From: Pseudomonadota bacterium
GTDB taxonomy: Bacteria > Pseudomonadota > Alphaproteobacteria > Rickettsiales > SXRF01
Assembly: GCA_963205195.1 (NCBI GenBank)
Contig: CAUJHR010000011.1
Location: forward strand, 84,164 to 148,163
Length of the DNA: 64,000 nt
Direction: 5' to 3'
Shown: piece after piece, positions 37,840-46,584 of the stretch
Layout of the letters: each line of letters starts with the position of its first letter
Numbering within the stretch: position 1 is the first letter of the stretch
Notes under the pieces: model-generated
Database searches by the model: none
What the model was told of the DNA's origin: nothing
Seen by the model: only the letters and a program-made list of their open reading frames with translations
Position numbers and translations under genes: made by a program

Positions 37840-38189
37840 TCGGCAATAAAAACACAACTTCGCGGCTGCGTCACCGTGTAACTTTGCAACAGGAAATACG
37901 AATCCCTGATGGAGCTGGTGGATTCAGTAATAGCTGGCAGGATATGGCTGACTTATGGGCTGAAATTAATCCAGCTAATGCAAAGTCACTATATGGGATT
38001 GAAAAGTTATTTGCCGGCAAAATCCAGGCTGAAATCAGTCATAAAATAACGATAAGGTATAGGAGTGGCATATCAACATCTATGCGACTTTTATTTGATA
38101 ATAGGGCTTTTAATATTCGTGCTATCAATAATATTCATGAAAATAACGAGATATTGGAACTGTTGGTTGATGAAGGTGTTGCCAATTAA
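37836..38189 (+). CDS. Phage head-closure/head-tail adaptor protein (RcGTA g7-like)
   Basis: LRHRVTLQQE...PDGAGGFSNSW.D.A.LWAEI.P......................I.IRYR.GI....RL....R.FNI.A... Confidence 0.8.
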   Translation: MIGNKNTTSRLRHRVTLQQEIRIPDGAGGFSNSWQDMADLWAEINPANAKSLYGIEKLFAGKIQAEISHKITIRYRSGISTSMRLLFDNRAFNIRAINNIHENNEILELLVDEGVAN

Positions 38190-38205
38190 TTGAAAGGAAT
38201 ACCTT

Positions 38206-38601
38206 ATGTTTAATTATTATAATTTACAAAAAGCAATTTATGACAAGCTTAGAAGTGATGCTGTTTTAATGACGCAAATCACTGGTGTGTATGACAATGT
38301 GCCTCAAGAAACTTCTTACCCTTTTATTTCATTTGGTAAAAATTACTCGAAAAAATTTGATATTTTAGGAAAAAATGGGTTTGAGCAAAAATTAGATATT
38401 GAAATATGGAGCCGGGAAGGTGGAAAAAAACAATCCGCATCTATTATAGAATCGGTATATTCTTTGCTACATAATGTAAATATCTCAATTGTTGGAATTA
38501 CAGTAATCAGCATAGAAGTAATATCATATTCTATAAGTTTGCAAAATGATGGATATACATATCATGGAGTTATAAATTTAAGGGCTATATTATCTAATTA
38601 G
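38206..38601 (+). CDS. DUF3168-type tail-completion protein (RcGTA g8-like)
   Basis: L.KAIYDKLRSD..L...ITGVYDNVPQETSYPFISFG......D.....G.E..LDIEIWSREGG.. Confidence 0.75.
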   Translation: MFNYYNLQKAIYDKLRSDAVLMTQITGVYDNVPQETSYPFISFGKNYSKKFDILGKNGFEQKLDIEIWSREGGKKQSASIIESVYSLLHNVNISIVGITVISIEVISYSISLQNDGYTYHGVINLRAILSN

Positions 38602-39343
38602 AGTTGGCAGGAATTGCAGCAGGTGCAGAAAGTGCATTAATATAAGTCCTGAATTGAGTTTCAGTATTTGTTAAATCGGATTTTTCACAGTCATTATTTG
38701 AATATAGCTCTTCATATGACCCTTTGGCTGCCGTTAAAGTATCATATTGCAAGCGTATTGGAGCCTGAAGAGCTGCTATTTCCCTTTGCATTGATGTAAT
38801 TATAAGGCTGTAATCATTATCGGTTGCTTTCCCACATTTTTGCATCAGGAAATATGTCACTAACAAATCTTCATAACGGGTCTTAATATCATCTATTGTG
38901 GTTACTTTATTATCAGGGGTTTTCCTAATATCGAATATATCTGATATATTATTCTTACCAGCTGAATCAGCCGTATTTATATTTGACTGATTATCTGGTA
39001 TTAAAGGAGGATAATAGTTTTTTTGAAGCTCAGAATTCTCTTCATCATTAACAGCAATATCCTCTGAATTAGAATCGGATTTGTTTTCAATGCTATCTAT
39101 ACGGTTTCCTAGCTCCCTAACTCTATAATCATAAAGGGCAATTAAAATAAAAGAAAAACCCATTATAGAAACAAGTTGGATGCTCCGTGACCAATGGAAG
39201 CGTATAATTTGCTTAATTGACTCAGAATCATATTTCTTATGAAGGCTGTTTTTAATCTGATTGTTTTCAATTATATGCAGGGCTAAGATTATAACAAATG
39301 CAACGGTAAGAAAAAACCAAAGTATAAATGGATATTCTTCCAT
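38594..39343 (-). CDS. Hypothetical membrane protein (two N-terminal TM helices)
   Basis: TM segments FILWFFLTVAFVIILALHII and LVSIMGFSFILIALY, an acidic/Asn-rich linker and a C-terminal globular part with two Cys. It starts 5 nt downstream of the lectin-like gene on the same strand. Confidence 0.5.
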   Translation of the reverse strand: MEEYPFILWFFLTVAFVIILALHIIENNQIKNSLHKKYDSESIKQIIRFHWSRSIQLVSIMGFSFILIALYDYRVRELGNRIDSIENKSDSNSEDIAVNDEENSELQKNYYPPLIPDNQSNINTADSAGKNNISDIFDIRKTPDNKVTTIDDIKTRYEDLLVTYFLMQKCGKATDNDYSLIITSMQREIAALQAPIRLQYDTLTAAKGSYEELYSNNDCEKSDLTNTETQFRTYINALSAPAAIPANSN

Positions 39344-39348
39344 GGGAT

Positions 39349-39804
39349 TTATGGATTTCCTAGCTCTCGATCACAGTCAATTGATAGAAAGCCTTCTATT
39401 GCCTTAGCTTTTCTTAGTTTATCTACAGAAAAACAACGATATTCTATTTGTAGATTTTTATAGCCGCAGCCAGGAGCTGGGTCGCCTCCCAAAGCGTCAC
39501 TGCTAATAGGAATATCGCATTTTGGTTTTCCATTGCAATATATTGAAACTTTATAGAGCACATTATCTTCTTTTACTACACTTCTTGATTCTTCCGATTG
39601 TGAATTAGAATTGTACTTATCATTATATGGAGAATTGCAATTAAGCCCCCAGCTGGCACGCTCCACTGTAATATTGTAAGGAGAGCTTTCTTTTAAGATT
39701 GTAGTTGCTACAGGTTCAGACTTATTCATCATAAATATATGGATTATGCCATATATCATGACGATAATTATAGATACTATAAGTAAATGGGCTTTAAAGT
39801 GCAT
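39349..39804 (-). CDS. Membrane-anchored SUEL/rhamnose-binding-lectin-like domain protein
   Basis: N-terminal TM anchor (LLIVSIIIVMIYGIIHIFM). Then ITVERASWGLNC....(30)...VLYKVSIYCNGKPKCDIPISSDALGGDPAPGCGYKNLQIEYRC matches the Gal_Lectin/SUEL pattern (A.YGR..C ... C.GK.SC.V......FG.DPC.GT.KYL.V.Y.C). Confidence 0.55.
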   Translation of the reverse strand: MHFKAHLLIVSIIIVMIYGIIHIFMMNKSEPVATTILKESSPYNITVERASWGLNCNSPYNDKYNSNSQSEESRSVVKEDNVLYKVSIYCNGKPKCDIPISSDALGGDPAPGCGYKNLQIEYRCFSVDKLRKAKAIEGFLSIDCDRELGNP

Positions 39805-39880
39805 GTCGATATTATTTATTTAAATGGTTATTATTCCGTTAATTAAATTTAAAAAAATACTAAGTTTATAAGGATAACAA

Positions 39881-40138
39881 ATGAATACGGAAATTACAAA
39901 GTATAAAAATTCATCTGCTAATGATTTGCTTGAAAACAGGATTTTGCAGCTTGAAAAACAATTAGCAAAACTTACCATGATTAATGATCGTAAATTAAAT
40001 AATAGCGACGCCCAATACAACCATTCAGGAGTTTCAAATATTCCAAACTCGTATAATAACAATTTGTCATTGAGTGAGGGGCAGCTATCTGCACATATGG
40101 CATTAGCCATGTCGCGCTCGAGCCAACGTAATTCGTGA
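39881..40138 (+). CDS. Small hypothetical coiled-coil/Asn-rich protein (85 aa)
   Basis: ORF only, with a short heptad-like LENRILQLEKQLAKL. Confidence 0.3.
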   Translation: MNTEITKYKNSSANDLLENRILQLEKQLAKLTMINDRKLNNSDAQYNHSGVSNIPNSYNNNLSLSEGQLSAHMALAMSRSSQRNS

Positions 40139-40309
40139 TATTTATAACATATTGATAATTATTAATATTATTTTTTGCAAAATGTAACATTTAATCAAAA
40201 ACAGACTCATTCCCGTAACTAAAATGTAATAAAAAACATATGGTGATGTTATGTAGGGGTTTGTTATACTTAAGGGGTATAAAAACAAGGATTTTGTTGA
40301 AAAGATAGT

Positions 40310-42115
40310 ATGGCTAAATATTCAGATGATAATTACAGCTCCTACTCTTCCACGGAAGATGCAAGGCGGAGCTTTGAAGAAAGCCAAAATCAATCTTTGA
40401 AAACCCTTGCTGATTTTTCTACTGTCCATGAAAAAGATGGGAAATATACTTATCTTGGCATGAATGTTCCGCCGGAGCTAGCTGGAACCTTGCAGTACGT
40501 GACCAGTACTTTCCCTACATATATTACAGATCTTCTTGGTGAAGGTGTATATAAAAACTCGAAACATGTTTATGAGAAATTAAATGATCGTTTCAAAGTT
40601 TCCTCCGACCCTTTGGCTTCTCATAAGGCAGGTTTAAAAGCTACTGCTGCAATGAGCGCAGTTCTTATAGGAGTTCAGCCTATTGTAGAGGTAGCTAGTT
40701 CAATAAGGCAGCATAGCCGCGATCGTAAGCATATTAAGGAGGTTCTATCCTCAGTCATTGAAATGAATAAAGGCAGTTACAAGAGCAATGAAGTTATAAT
40801 GACAGCTATGGAGAATGCCCATAATACAATGGTTACAGGCTTCATGCATGCTGCAGCTGAAATGCCGACAGTCTTGTTAAATGGATATTATGCAAGTGAA
40901 AGTCATAAAGAACTTGCTAAAGAAAAGACTAATGCTCTGCTTGGTGATATGCCGCCGGAATCAGATTCCTATAAAGAGTATTTAAGGCAGCAGGTAAAAA
41001 AACAGGAAGAGATAGACAAAACACATAATGCCTTAAAGGGTGAGTATGGTGATTCCGAAGCCTTTAGAAAGGTTATGGAAGAAGATTACGAAAGAAGGAA
41101 AAGTAATTTATCTTCTGAACTCGATTCTGGTAAATCTAAAGATACGGATGAGAAAAATAAATTTCTTTTCGTTAATATGGCTGGTGGCGCTAATATATTC
41201 CTGAAACATATGGTTTCCAAAGGACGCGATTCCCAGCAGCCAAGTGCTTATGAATTGATAGTTGATCTGCAGCAAAAAATTAATAATGGTGATATTTCTC
41301 ATGGTTCTGACATAACCGGGCAGATAATTGAAATATTCCAGCAAAATGAGCGTGACCGCAAGCGCCCACCTTTGGGTGATGTTTTTATGGAAAAATTTAC
41401 CCCTTTGGCCGAAAGGATTGGAGAGGTAATTTCAAATAGGGAACTGGACGCAATTGCATTGGTTAATATGGTCGGTGAAGGCAAAATAATCAACAAACGA
41501 CATTTTATAAAAACTGAACATTTAGAAGAGTTAATAGATGGTCAGAGAAAAGTATTCAGCAATCATGAAAAAACCCCTCTAGATGAATTTCTTTCTGATT
41601 TTCAGAACCCAAAAATGGTTATGCAGATTATTAAGGCGAATTTAAAAACACTTGATGGAGATTCAAAGGCGCTTTTTGCCTCCATATTTTCTGATGAAGT
41701 GCTCAAGGATGCTGGGGTATCTAAAAAAGATCTATTGCCACTTAGGGCTCACGGCCACGAGTTTATGTGCGATTTTATAAAGGGATCAACTTTAGAGTTG
41801 GCTAAAAAAACAGATGAAGAATTAAAAAAGTATGGGCTTTCTGATAAGCAAATTAATGCTGTTAAAAATTTAAATGAGCTTATATTAGCTGGTGACGATA
41901 AAAGCGTTAAATCTGCTATAGGAAGCGGTGGTGACATTGTAGCAGCTGTTCGCACGGCTGGTTTAAATGAGCAGGTAGCTACTGGTAATAATATGCTCTG
42001 GAGTAAGAAAGTGATAACTAAAAAGACACCAGCTGTGGCAGAAAAACCTAATGCTTCCACCGCAACTGAGCGCGTGACTGCAAGTCGCGAAAATCCAGCA
42101 ACTTTAAGTGTATAA
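40310..42115 (+). CDS. Large orphan protein (601 aa)
   Basis: Long uninterrupted ORF, predicted mostly helical. Moderately hydrophobic Ala/Gly segments (AGLKATAAMSAVLIGVQPIVEVA; GFMHAAAEMPTVLLNGYY) and a charged Lys/Glu central region. No catalytic or NTP-binding motif seen. Confidence 0.6.
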   Translation: MAKYSDDNYSSYSSTEDARRSFEESQNQSLKTLADFSTVHEKDGKYTYLGMNVPPELAGTLQYVTSTFPTYITDLLGEGVYKNSKHVYEKLNDRFKVSSDPLASHKAGLKATAAMSAVLIGVQPIVEVASSIRQHSRDRKHIKEVLSSVIEMNKGSYKSNEVIMTAMENAHNTMVTGFMHAAAEMPTVLLNGYYASESHKELAKEKTNALLGDMPPESDSYKEYLRQQVKKQEEIDKTHNALKGEYGDSEAFRKVMEEDYERRKSNLSSELDSGKSKDTDEKNKFLFVNMAGGANIFLKHMVSKGRDSQQPSAYELIVDLQQKINNGDISHGSDITGQIIEIFQQNERDRKRPPLGDVFMEKFTPLAERIGEVISNRELDAIALVNMVGEGKIINKRHFIKTEHLEELIDGQRKVFSNHEKTPLDEFLSDFQNPKMVMQIIKANLKTLDGDSKALFASIFSDEVLKDAGVSKKDLLPLRAHGHEFMCDFIKGSTLELAKKTDEELKKYGLSDKQINAVKNLNELILAGDDKSVKSAIGSGGDIVAAVRTAGLNEQVATGNNMLWSKKVITKKTPAVAEKPNASTATERVTASRENPATLSV

Positions 42116-42271
42116 ATCCTATACAAAACAGACAATTACTATTAATTACCGATTATTGTCTTAAAAAATTCTGTGTTGTCACAAAATATTAATAAAAAAA
42201 CAGTGGGATGCTGGCATAGCAAGGTTTATAATCTGCTTATGATATAACAATTATGTTATCGAGCTTGGTAA

Positions 42272-43771
42272 ATGGATAAAAAACTGCCACATAATCCTCA
42301 TAGAAAGCATAATTCTCCAGGGTCTGATGATCTGCCTGAAGCAGGAATCTTAGGCAAAGCTGCTTCCGGAGCTTTTAATACAATTATGATATTACCATTT
42401 GCAGCTCCGGTAGTTGGATTTGTAGGAAAGGCGTTTGGTTGGACCGGTGAAAAAACCGGCATAAATGCTATTGCAAAAGCCGGAAGAAGTACTCAGCATG
42501 CAATTGAATCATTGTCCCAAAAAACAATAGTCGAATTATCTTCTGGTCGGGGTTACACAAAAAGCATTGGTGATGCTATACAAAAAGGGGCTGATGCAGC
42601 CGGAAATTTTACCGATAAACTTTCTGATAGCTTGCATTTGGAAAGAATTGGAAAAGCAAGTGAATATAATGCTAAAAAACATCTGGTAAAGATCAGTGCA
42701 TTATTGGCAGAACATAAGGAATTGCCGCGTGAGTTAAAACCACACCTCAAAAATATTAATAATATTGTAAAAAATAGATCTGCAAATTTTGATCCAAAAA
42801 AATTGGAATCGGCAGTAGCTGGCTTATCACAAGCCATAAAGGGCTTAAAAAAGGATTTGCCTTATAAAGTATCAAAAACCCTTGGTACAATATCTAAGCT
42901 CTCTGATAAAGCTACTAACAGTAAAATCAACGCCACTATTTTATCTGATCTTGGCGGTGCTGTAAGAGGTATGCCAAAAGCCTTGGGCAATGCCTCGGCA
43001 ATGAATACTATTATGAATACCGGATTTGTAGCCAGTTCTGCAATGGGTGTATATGGGGCTGCTAAAGGGTTTAAGGAAAATCTGGCTTCTCTTAAAGAAA
43101 TGGCGGCTGATATTGATGGCAAGCCTGTTTCAACATTTTCATTGCTATTTGGTAAGGCTTCAGGACCTGTAAAAGAGGCTCGTTCCAAACTATTGAAAAG
43201 TTTTGCGGCTTCCGAAATATCAGAAGGTATTGGGCTTGGTGTAAGTGTTGCCAATATACTTAAAGGCAGAATGTCAATGCTTGGATTTATGGCTCCGCAA
43301 CTTGCAGGTATTGGTGCAAGTACCTTAATAGGGGAATCTGTTTTGCCATATTATGCTTCATTAAAACAGGCTCATTCATCTGGCCGTGATATACCGGTAG
43401 AGGCTTATGCTGAGTTTATAACAAAGGTTAGCCCTGAATTACAGGCACGTGGGCATACGGGTAAAGTGTTTTCTAAAAAACTTGCTGAACAGTTTGCTGC
43501 CGAAAAAACTAGTCCCGCAGAAATTATGCGTGAATCTATGGATGGGAATCTTATAAAACGTGTGAATGGTATTATTGCTTCTAATGAGATCGCTAAACCA
43601 AAAAAAGCTATCGAAATTACATCTATTAATGAGCCGTCAAATACACATGTAGCAGGATTGCAGAAGTCTGCAAATAAAGTTATACCGCATAAAAACCAGC
43701 CTGTTTTAGGTGACCATACAGCAAAAGTGGTTTCTGATGCTGCTCAAGCACAACGTGCCTTATTAACTTAA
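42272..43771 (+). CDS. Large orphan protein (499 aa) with Gly-rich hydrophobic segments
   Basis: A TATAAT box lies at about 42227-42232. Hydrophobic Gly/Ala segments: GILGKAASGAFNTIMILPFAAPVVGFVGKAFGW; NTGFVASSAMGVYGAAKGF; GIGLGVSVANIL...LGFMAPQLAGIGASTLIG. Confidence 0.6.
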   Translation: MDKKLPHNPHRKHNSPGSDDLPEAGILGKAASGAFNTIMILPFAAPVVGFVGKAFGWTGEKTGINAIAKAGRSTQHAIESLSQKTIVELSSGRGYTKSIGDAIQKGADAAGNFTDKLSDSLHLERIGKASEYNAKKHLVKISALLAEHKELPRELKPHLKNINNIVKNRSANFDPKKLESAVAGLSQAIKGLKKDLPYKVSKTLGTISKLSDKATNSKINATILSDLGGAVRGMPKALGNASAMNTIMNTGFVASSAMGVYGAAKGFKENLASLKEMAADIDGKPVSTFSLLFGKASGPVKEARSKLLKSFAASEISEGIGLGVSVANILKGRMSMLGFMAPQLAGIGASTLIGESVLPYYASLKQAHSSGRDIPVEAYAEFITKVSPELQARGHTGKVFSKKLAEQFAAEKTSPAEIMRESMDGNLIKRVNGIIASNEIAKPKKAIEITSINEPSNTHVAGLQKSANKVIPHKNQPVLGDHTAKVVSDAAQAQRALLT

Positions 43772-43783
43772 TGACGTAAACAT

Positions 43784-44770
43784 ATGTCTACTCCAGACCT
43801 AGAAGAAGCCAGTGTTTTTAAAAAAGTTACTACTACTGGCTTTCGGGATATTACAAATAAGGATTATGTAACTACAGCTAGCGCCGCCCTTGATGGAGTT
43901 GGCATGGTTGAAAAATTTGCACCAAAAGTTGGTAAAATAATCCCATATTCATCTTCAATAGGTGCAGTTCTTAGCGGAGCTGAGGCATATTATAATGAAG
44001 ATATAACAAGGGCGCGTATATCTAAGTACTTTAATGGAGCAAGCATAAAACAGTTAGTACGTCATAATCCTGCTTTAAGAAACAGGCTTGAAAATGGCGG
44101 CGTAGACTGGGGAAATATGGCCGGCAGTATGGCATCTTCGGCGGCAGGTGCTGCTGTAGGAGCGGCAGGTGCGGGTGCATTAATATCAGCTATACCACTT
44201 TTACTGCCAATTATGCCTATCGCATTCCCTATTGCTATGCTGGTTGGATCTGGTTTTGGAGGGTATGTAGCTAATAAATTATACAGCGATACCTTCGTTA
44301 AACAGCAGCAAGATCCCATTATTATAAATATGCAAATAGCAAAAATGAACTCTGTCGGGGAAGCTATACCTTCTGAAGTTGTATTTGCGGCACTTGCTGC
44401 CAATTTGAAGGGCAGAGCAGGGGAATATGCCGAAGCCCGCCTTGCAAAATATACAGGCACAAAATTATTTATGGAAGCACTTAGTGACCCTTCTAACATG
44501 TCCAAATTAACAGCAATGATGAATAATACCAGGATTGATGACGCAATACGTGCACAGACTGGAATGCCGCGTGACGCTCAGAACCCATTTAAAACTGTTG
44601 CTGAACAATATGCAGATATGATTAATAGTGGGCAAATGAAACCGCAGAATTTACTAAATCCTGGTGAAGGGCTTTATATTAAGTCACAGACGATGATGGG
44701 CAATGCTTATAATATAGATGTGCCTGTTACACCAGAAACGCGTCAGAGGGAATCTAGCGTTACTATATAA
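43784..44770 (+). CDS. Orphan protein (328 aa) with a ~50-aa bilobed hydrophobic domain
   Basis: MAGSMASSAAGAAVGAAGAGALISAIPLLLPIMPIAFPIAMLVGSGFGGYVANKLY is a glycine-zipper/bilobed hydrophobic hairpin. The gene starts 12 nt after the previous gene and lies immediately upstream of the distal-tail (g12-like) gene. Confidence 0.6.
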   Translation: MSTPDLEEASVFKKVTTTGFRDITNKDYVTTASAALDGVGMVEKFAPKVGKIIPYSSSIGAVLSGAEAYYNEDITRARISKYFNGASIKQLVRHNPALRNRLENGGVDWGNMAGSMASSAAGAAVGAAGAGALISAIPLLLPIMPIAFPIAMLVGSGFGGYVANKLYSDTFVKQQQDPIIINMQIAKMNSVGEAIPSEVVFAALAANLKGRAGEYAEARLAKYTGTKLFMEALSDPSNMSKLTAMMNNTRIDDAIRAQTGMPRDAQNPFKTVAEQYADMINSGQMKPQNLLNPGEGLYIKSQTMMGNAYNIDVPVTPETRQRESSVTI

Positions 44771-44830
44771 TAACCATCATATCAGTTAATCCTGATAATA
44801 TTTCCCAATATTTTTAATTTTGGAGTTTTT

Positions 44831-45433
44831 ATGGCATTCACCGAAGTATGCTTTCCCACTGATATTGCTTATGGTTCATCAGGTGGTCCCGAATATTCTA
44901 CCGATATAGTTATAACCCATGGCGGATATGAACAGCGAAATATTAACTGGGCGCAAGCGCGTGCAAAATATAATGTAGCCCATGGCATTAAAACTCAAGC
45001 ACAACTAGATATACTCATAGCTTTTTTTCGTGCAAGGAAAGGAAGAGCGAACGGTTTCAGGTTTAAGGATTGGAGCGATTATAAAGCAACTGGTCAGACC
45101 ATTGGGACTGGGAATGGTGCAAATAAAGTTTTTCAACTTATAAAAACTTATGAAAGCGGCAGTGTATATGAAACACGCATTATAAATAAGCCAGTTTCAG
45201 GTAGTGTTTCAGTATATAAGAATTCAGTTTTGCAGTCTGAATCTGCCTACTCTCTGGATACTTCAAACGGAGTAATAACTTTTATTGCAGCTCCAGCTAA
45301 TAACGTTGTGATCACAGCTGATTTTGAATTTGATGTGCCTGTACGCTTTGATACTGACAGGCTATCGGCTATCCTTGATTCTTATGGTGTAACTAGTTGG
45401 AATGATATTCCTTTGGTGGAGATAAAAATATAA
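44831..45433 (+). CDS. DUF2460 distal tail protein (RcGTA g12-like)
   Basis: MAFTEVCFPTDIAYGSSGGPEYSTDIV....G.EQRN..W...R.KY....G........L..FF.AR.GRA.GFRFKDW.DY. GGAG RBS upstream. Confidence 0.85.
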   Translation: MAFTEVCFPTDIAYGSSGGPEYSTDIVITHGGYEQRNINWAQARAKYNVAHGIKTQAQLDILIAFFRARKGRANGFRFKDWSDYKATGQTIGTGNGANKVFQLIKTYESGSVYETRIINKPVSGSVSVYKNSVLQSESAYSLDTSNGVITFIAAPANNVVITADFEFDVPVRFDTDRLSAILDSYGVTSWNDIPLVEIKI

Positions 45434-45454
45434 ATAAGCTTTATTGAGGTAATT

Positions 45455-46306
45455 ATGAAAACTATAACAACAGCTCTTGCCGCACACATAGCTGGCGAGG
45501 TTACAACATTATCCAACTGTTGGAAGCTTAGACGTAGAGATGGAGTTATTATTGGTTTTACGGATCATGATAGTGACCTTATAATTGATTCTTTAAGCTA
45601 TAATGCCGCAAGTGGTTTTACGCCAAGTGCAATACAGAATACTTCATCACTTAGCGTTGATAATCTGGATGTTGAAGGATTGCTTACTAATGGTAATATA
45701 ACAGAAGAAGATATTATGGCCGGACGGTATGATTTTGCAGAGATTGAAATTTTTAAGGTAAACTATAATGATTTAACCCAGGGAAAATTGATGTTGCGTC
45801 GTGGCTGGCTTGGTGAAGTATCAATGATTAAGCAGCAGTTCGTTGCTGAGGTAAGAGGGTTGATGCAGAGGCTATCACAGACAATAGGGGAATTGTATTC
45901 GCCTTCATGTCGCGCAGCCTTTGCAGATGAGCGTTGTAAAATAGACCCTGAGATTTATACAGTAAATGGAAATGTAACTGAAATTATATCCAATTTGGAA
46001 TTTAAAGATAGTGGCCGGTTAGAGGCGGGAGGATTATATAACTTTGGCAAAATAACCTTTACCAGTGGTGCAAATAATGGACTGAGTATGGAGGTAAAGG
46101 AATTTATAAATGGTGGACGTATTATCCTAGTATTACCAATGCCTTATAATATAGGAGCTGGAGATAGTTATAACATGACACAAGGCTGTGATAAAACTCT
46201 GATAACATGCAAGAATCAATATAACAATGTGTATAATTTTAGGGGTGAACCGCATGTGCCAGGTTTGGACAACATGTTGGAAACGGCTGGTACCCGTACT
46301 AAGTAA
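45455..46306 (+). CDS. DUF2163 + BR0599-type tail hub protein (RcGTA g13-like)
   Basis: L.AH...EVTTL..CW.L.RRDG...GFTDHD.DL..D...Y.AASGF.PSA, and C-terminal C.....C...FNN..NFRGEPH.PG. Confidence 0.85.
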   Translation: MKTITTALAAHIAGEVTTLSNCWKLRRRDGVIIGFTDHDSDLIIDSLSYNAASGFTPSAIQNTSSLSVDNLDVEGLLTNGNITEEDIMAGRYDFAEIEIFKVNYNDLTQGKLMLRRGWLGEVSMIKQQFVAEVRGLMQRLSQTIGELYSPSCRAAFADERCKIDPEIYTVNGNVTEIISNLEFKDSGRLEAGGLYNFGKITFTSGANNGLSMEVKEFINGGRIILVLPMPYNIGAGDSYNMTQGCDKTLITCKNQYNNVYNFRGEPHVPGLDNMLETAGTRTK

Positions 46307-46386
46307 TTATACAATAAAACTTTTTTTTCTGCTTACGCTTATTCCTACTTAATGTTATTAAGTTATTATACAAAACTAATGGGAGC

Positions 46387-46584
46387 ATGAATATGCAGGT
46401 AATAAGGAATTTTTTTACTGGCATATTTTCTGTATTGAAAATTACCAGTTCACCATTACTGTACAGATATCCTTACCGCAATTCGGCTGAAGGTTTACGC
46501 AAAGACTGGCTATGCATAGGACGAGATATAAAAACAATAATCGGCAAATTAGAAGAAAATAGCGATGGAAATAGAAGAAAATAG
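46387..46584 (+). CDS. Small hypothetical ORF (65 aa)
   Basis: ORF only. It overlaps the start of the DUF2335-like gene. Confidence 0.25.
   Translation: MNMQVIRNFFTGIFSVLKITSSPLLYRYPYRNSAEGLRKDWLCIGRDIKTIIGKLEENSDGNRRK

Noticed and set aside
42205-42232. TGGCAT-agcaa-GG upstream of the 499-aa orphan gene, considered as a sigma54 (-24/-12) promoter
   Set aside because: The -12 element lacks the TTGC core. A plain TATAAT box at about 42227-42232 is the simpler reading, and even that is only a sequence match.
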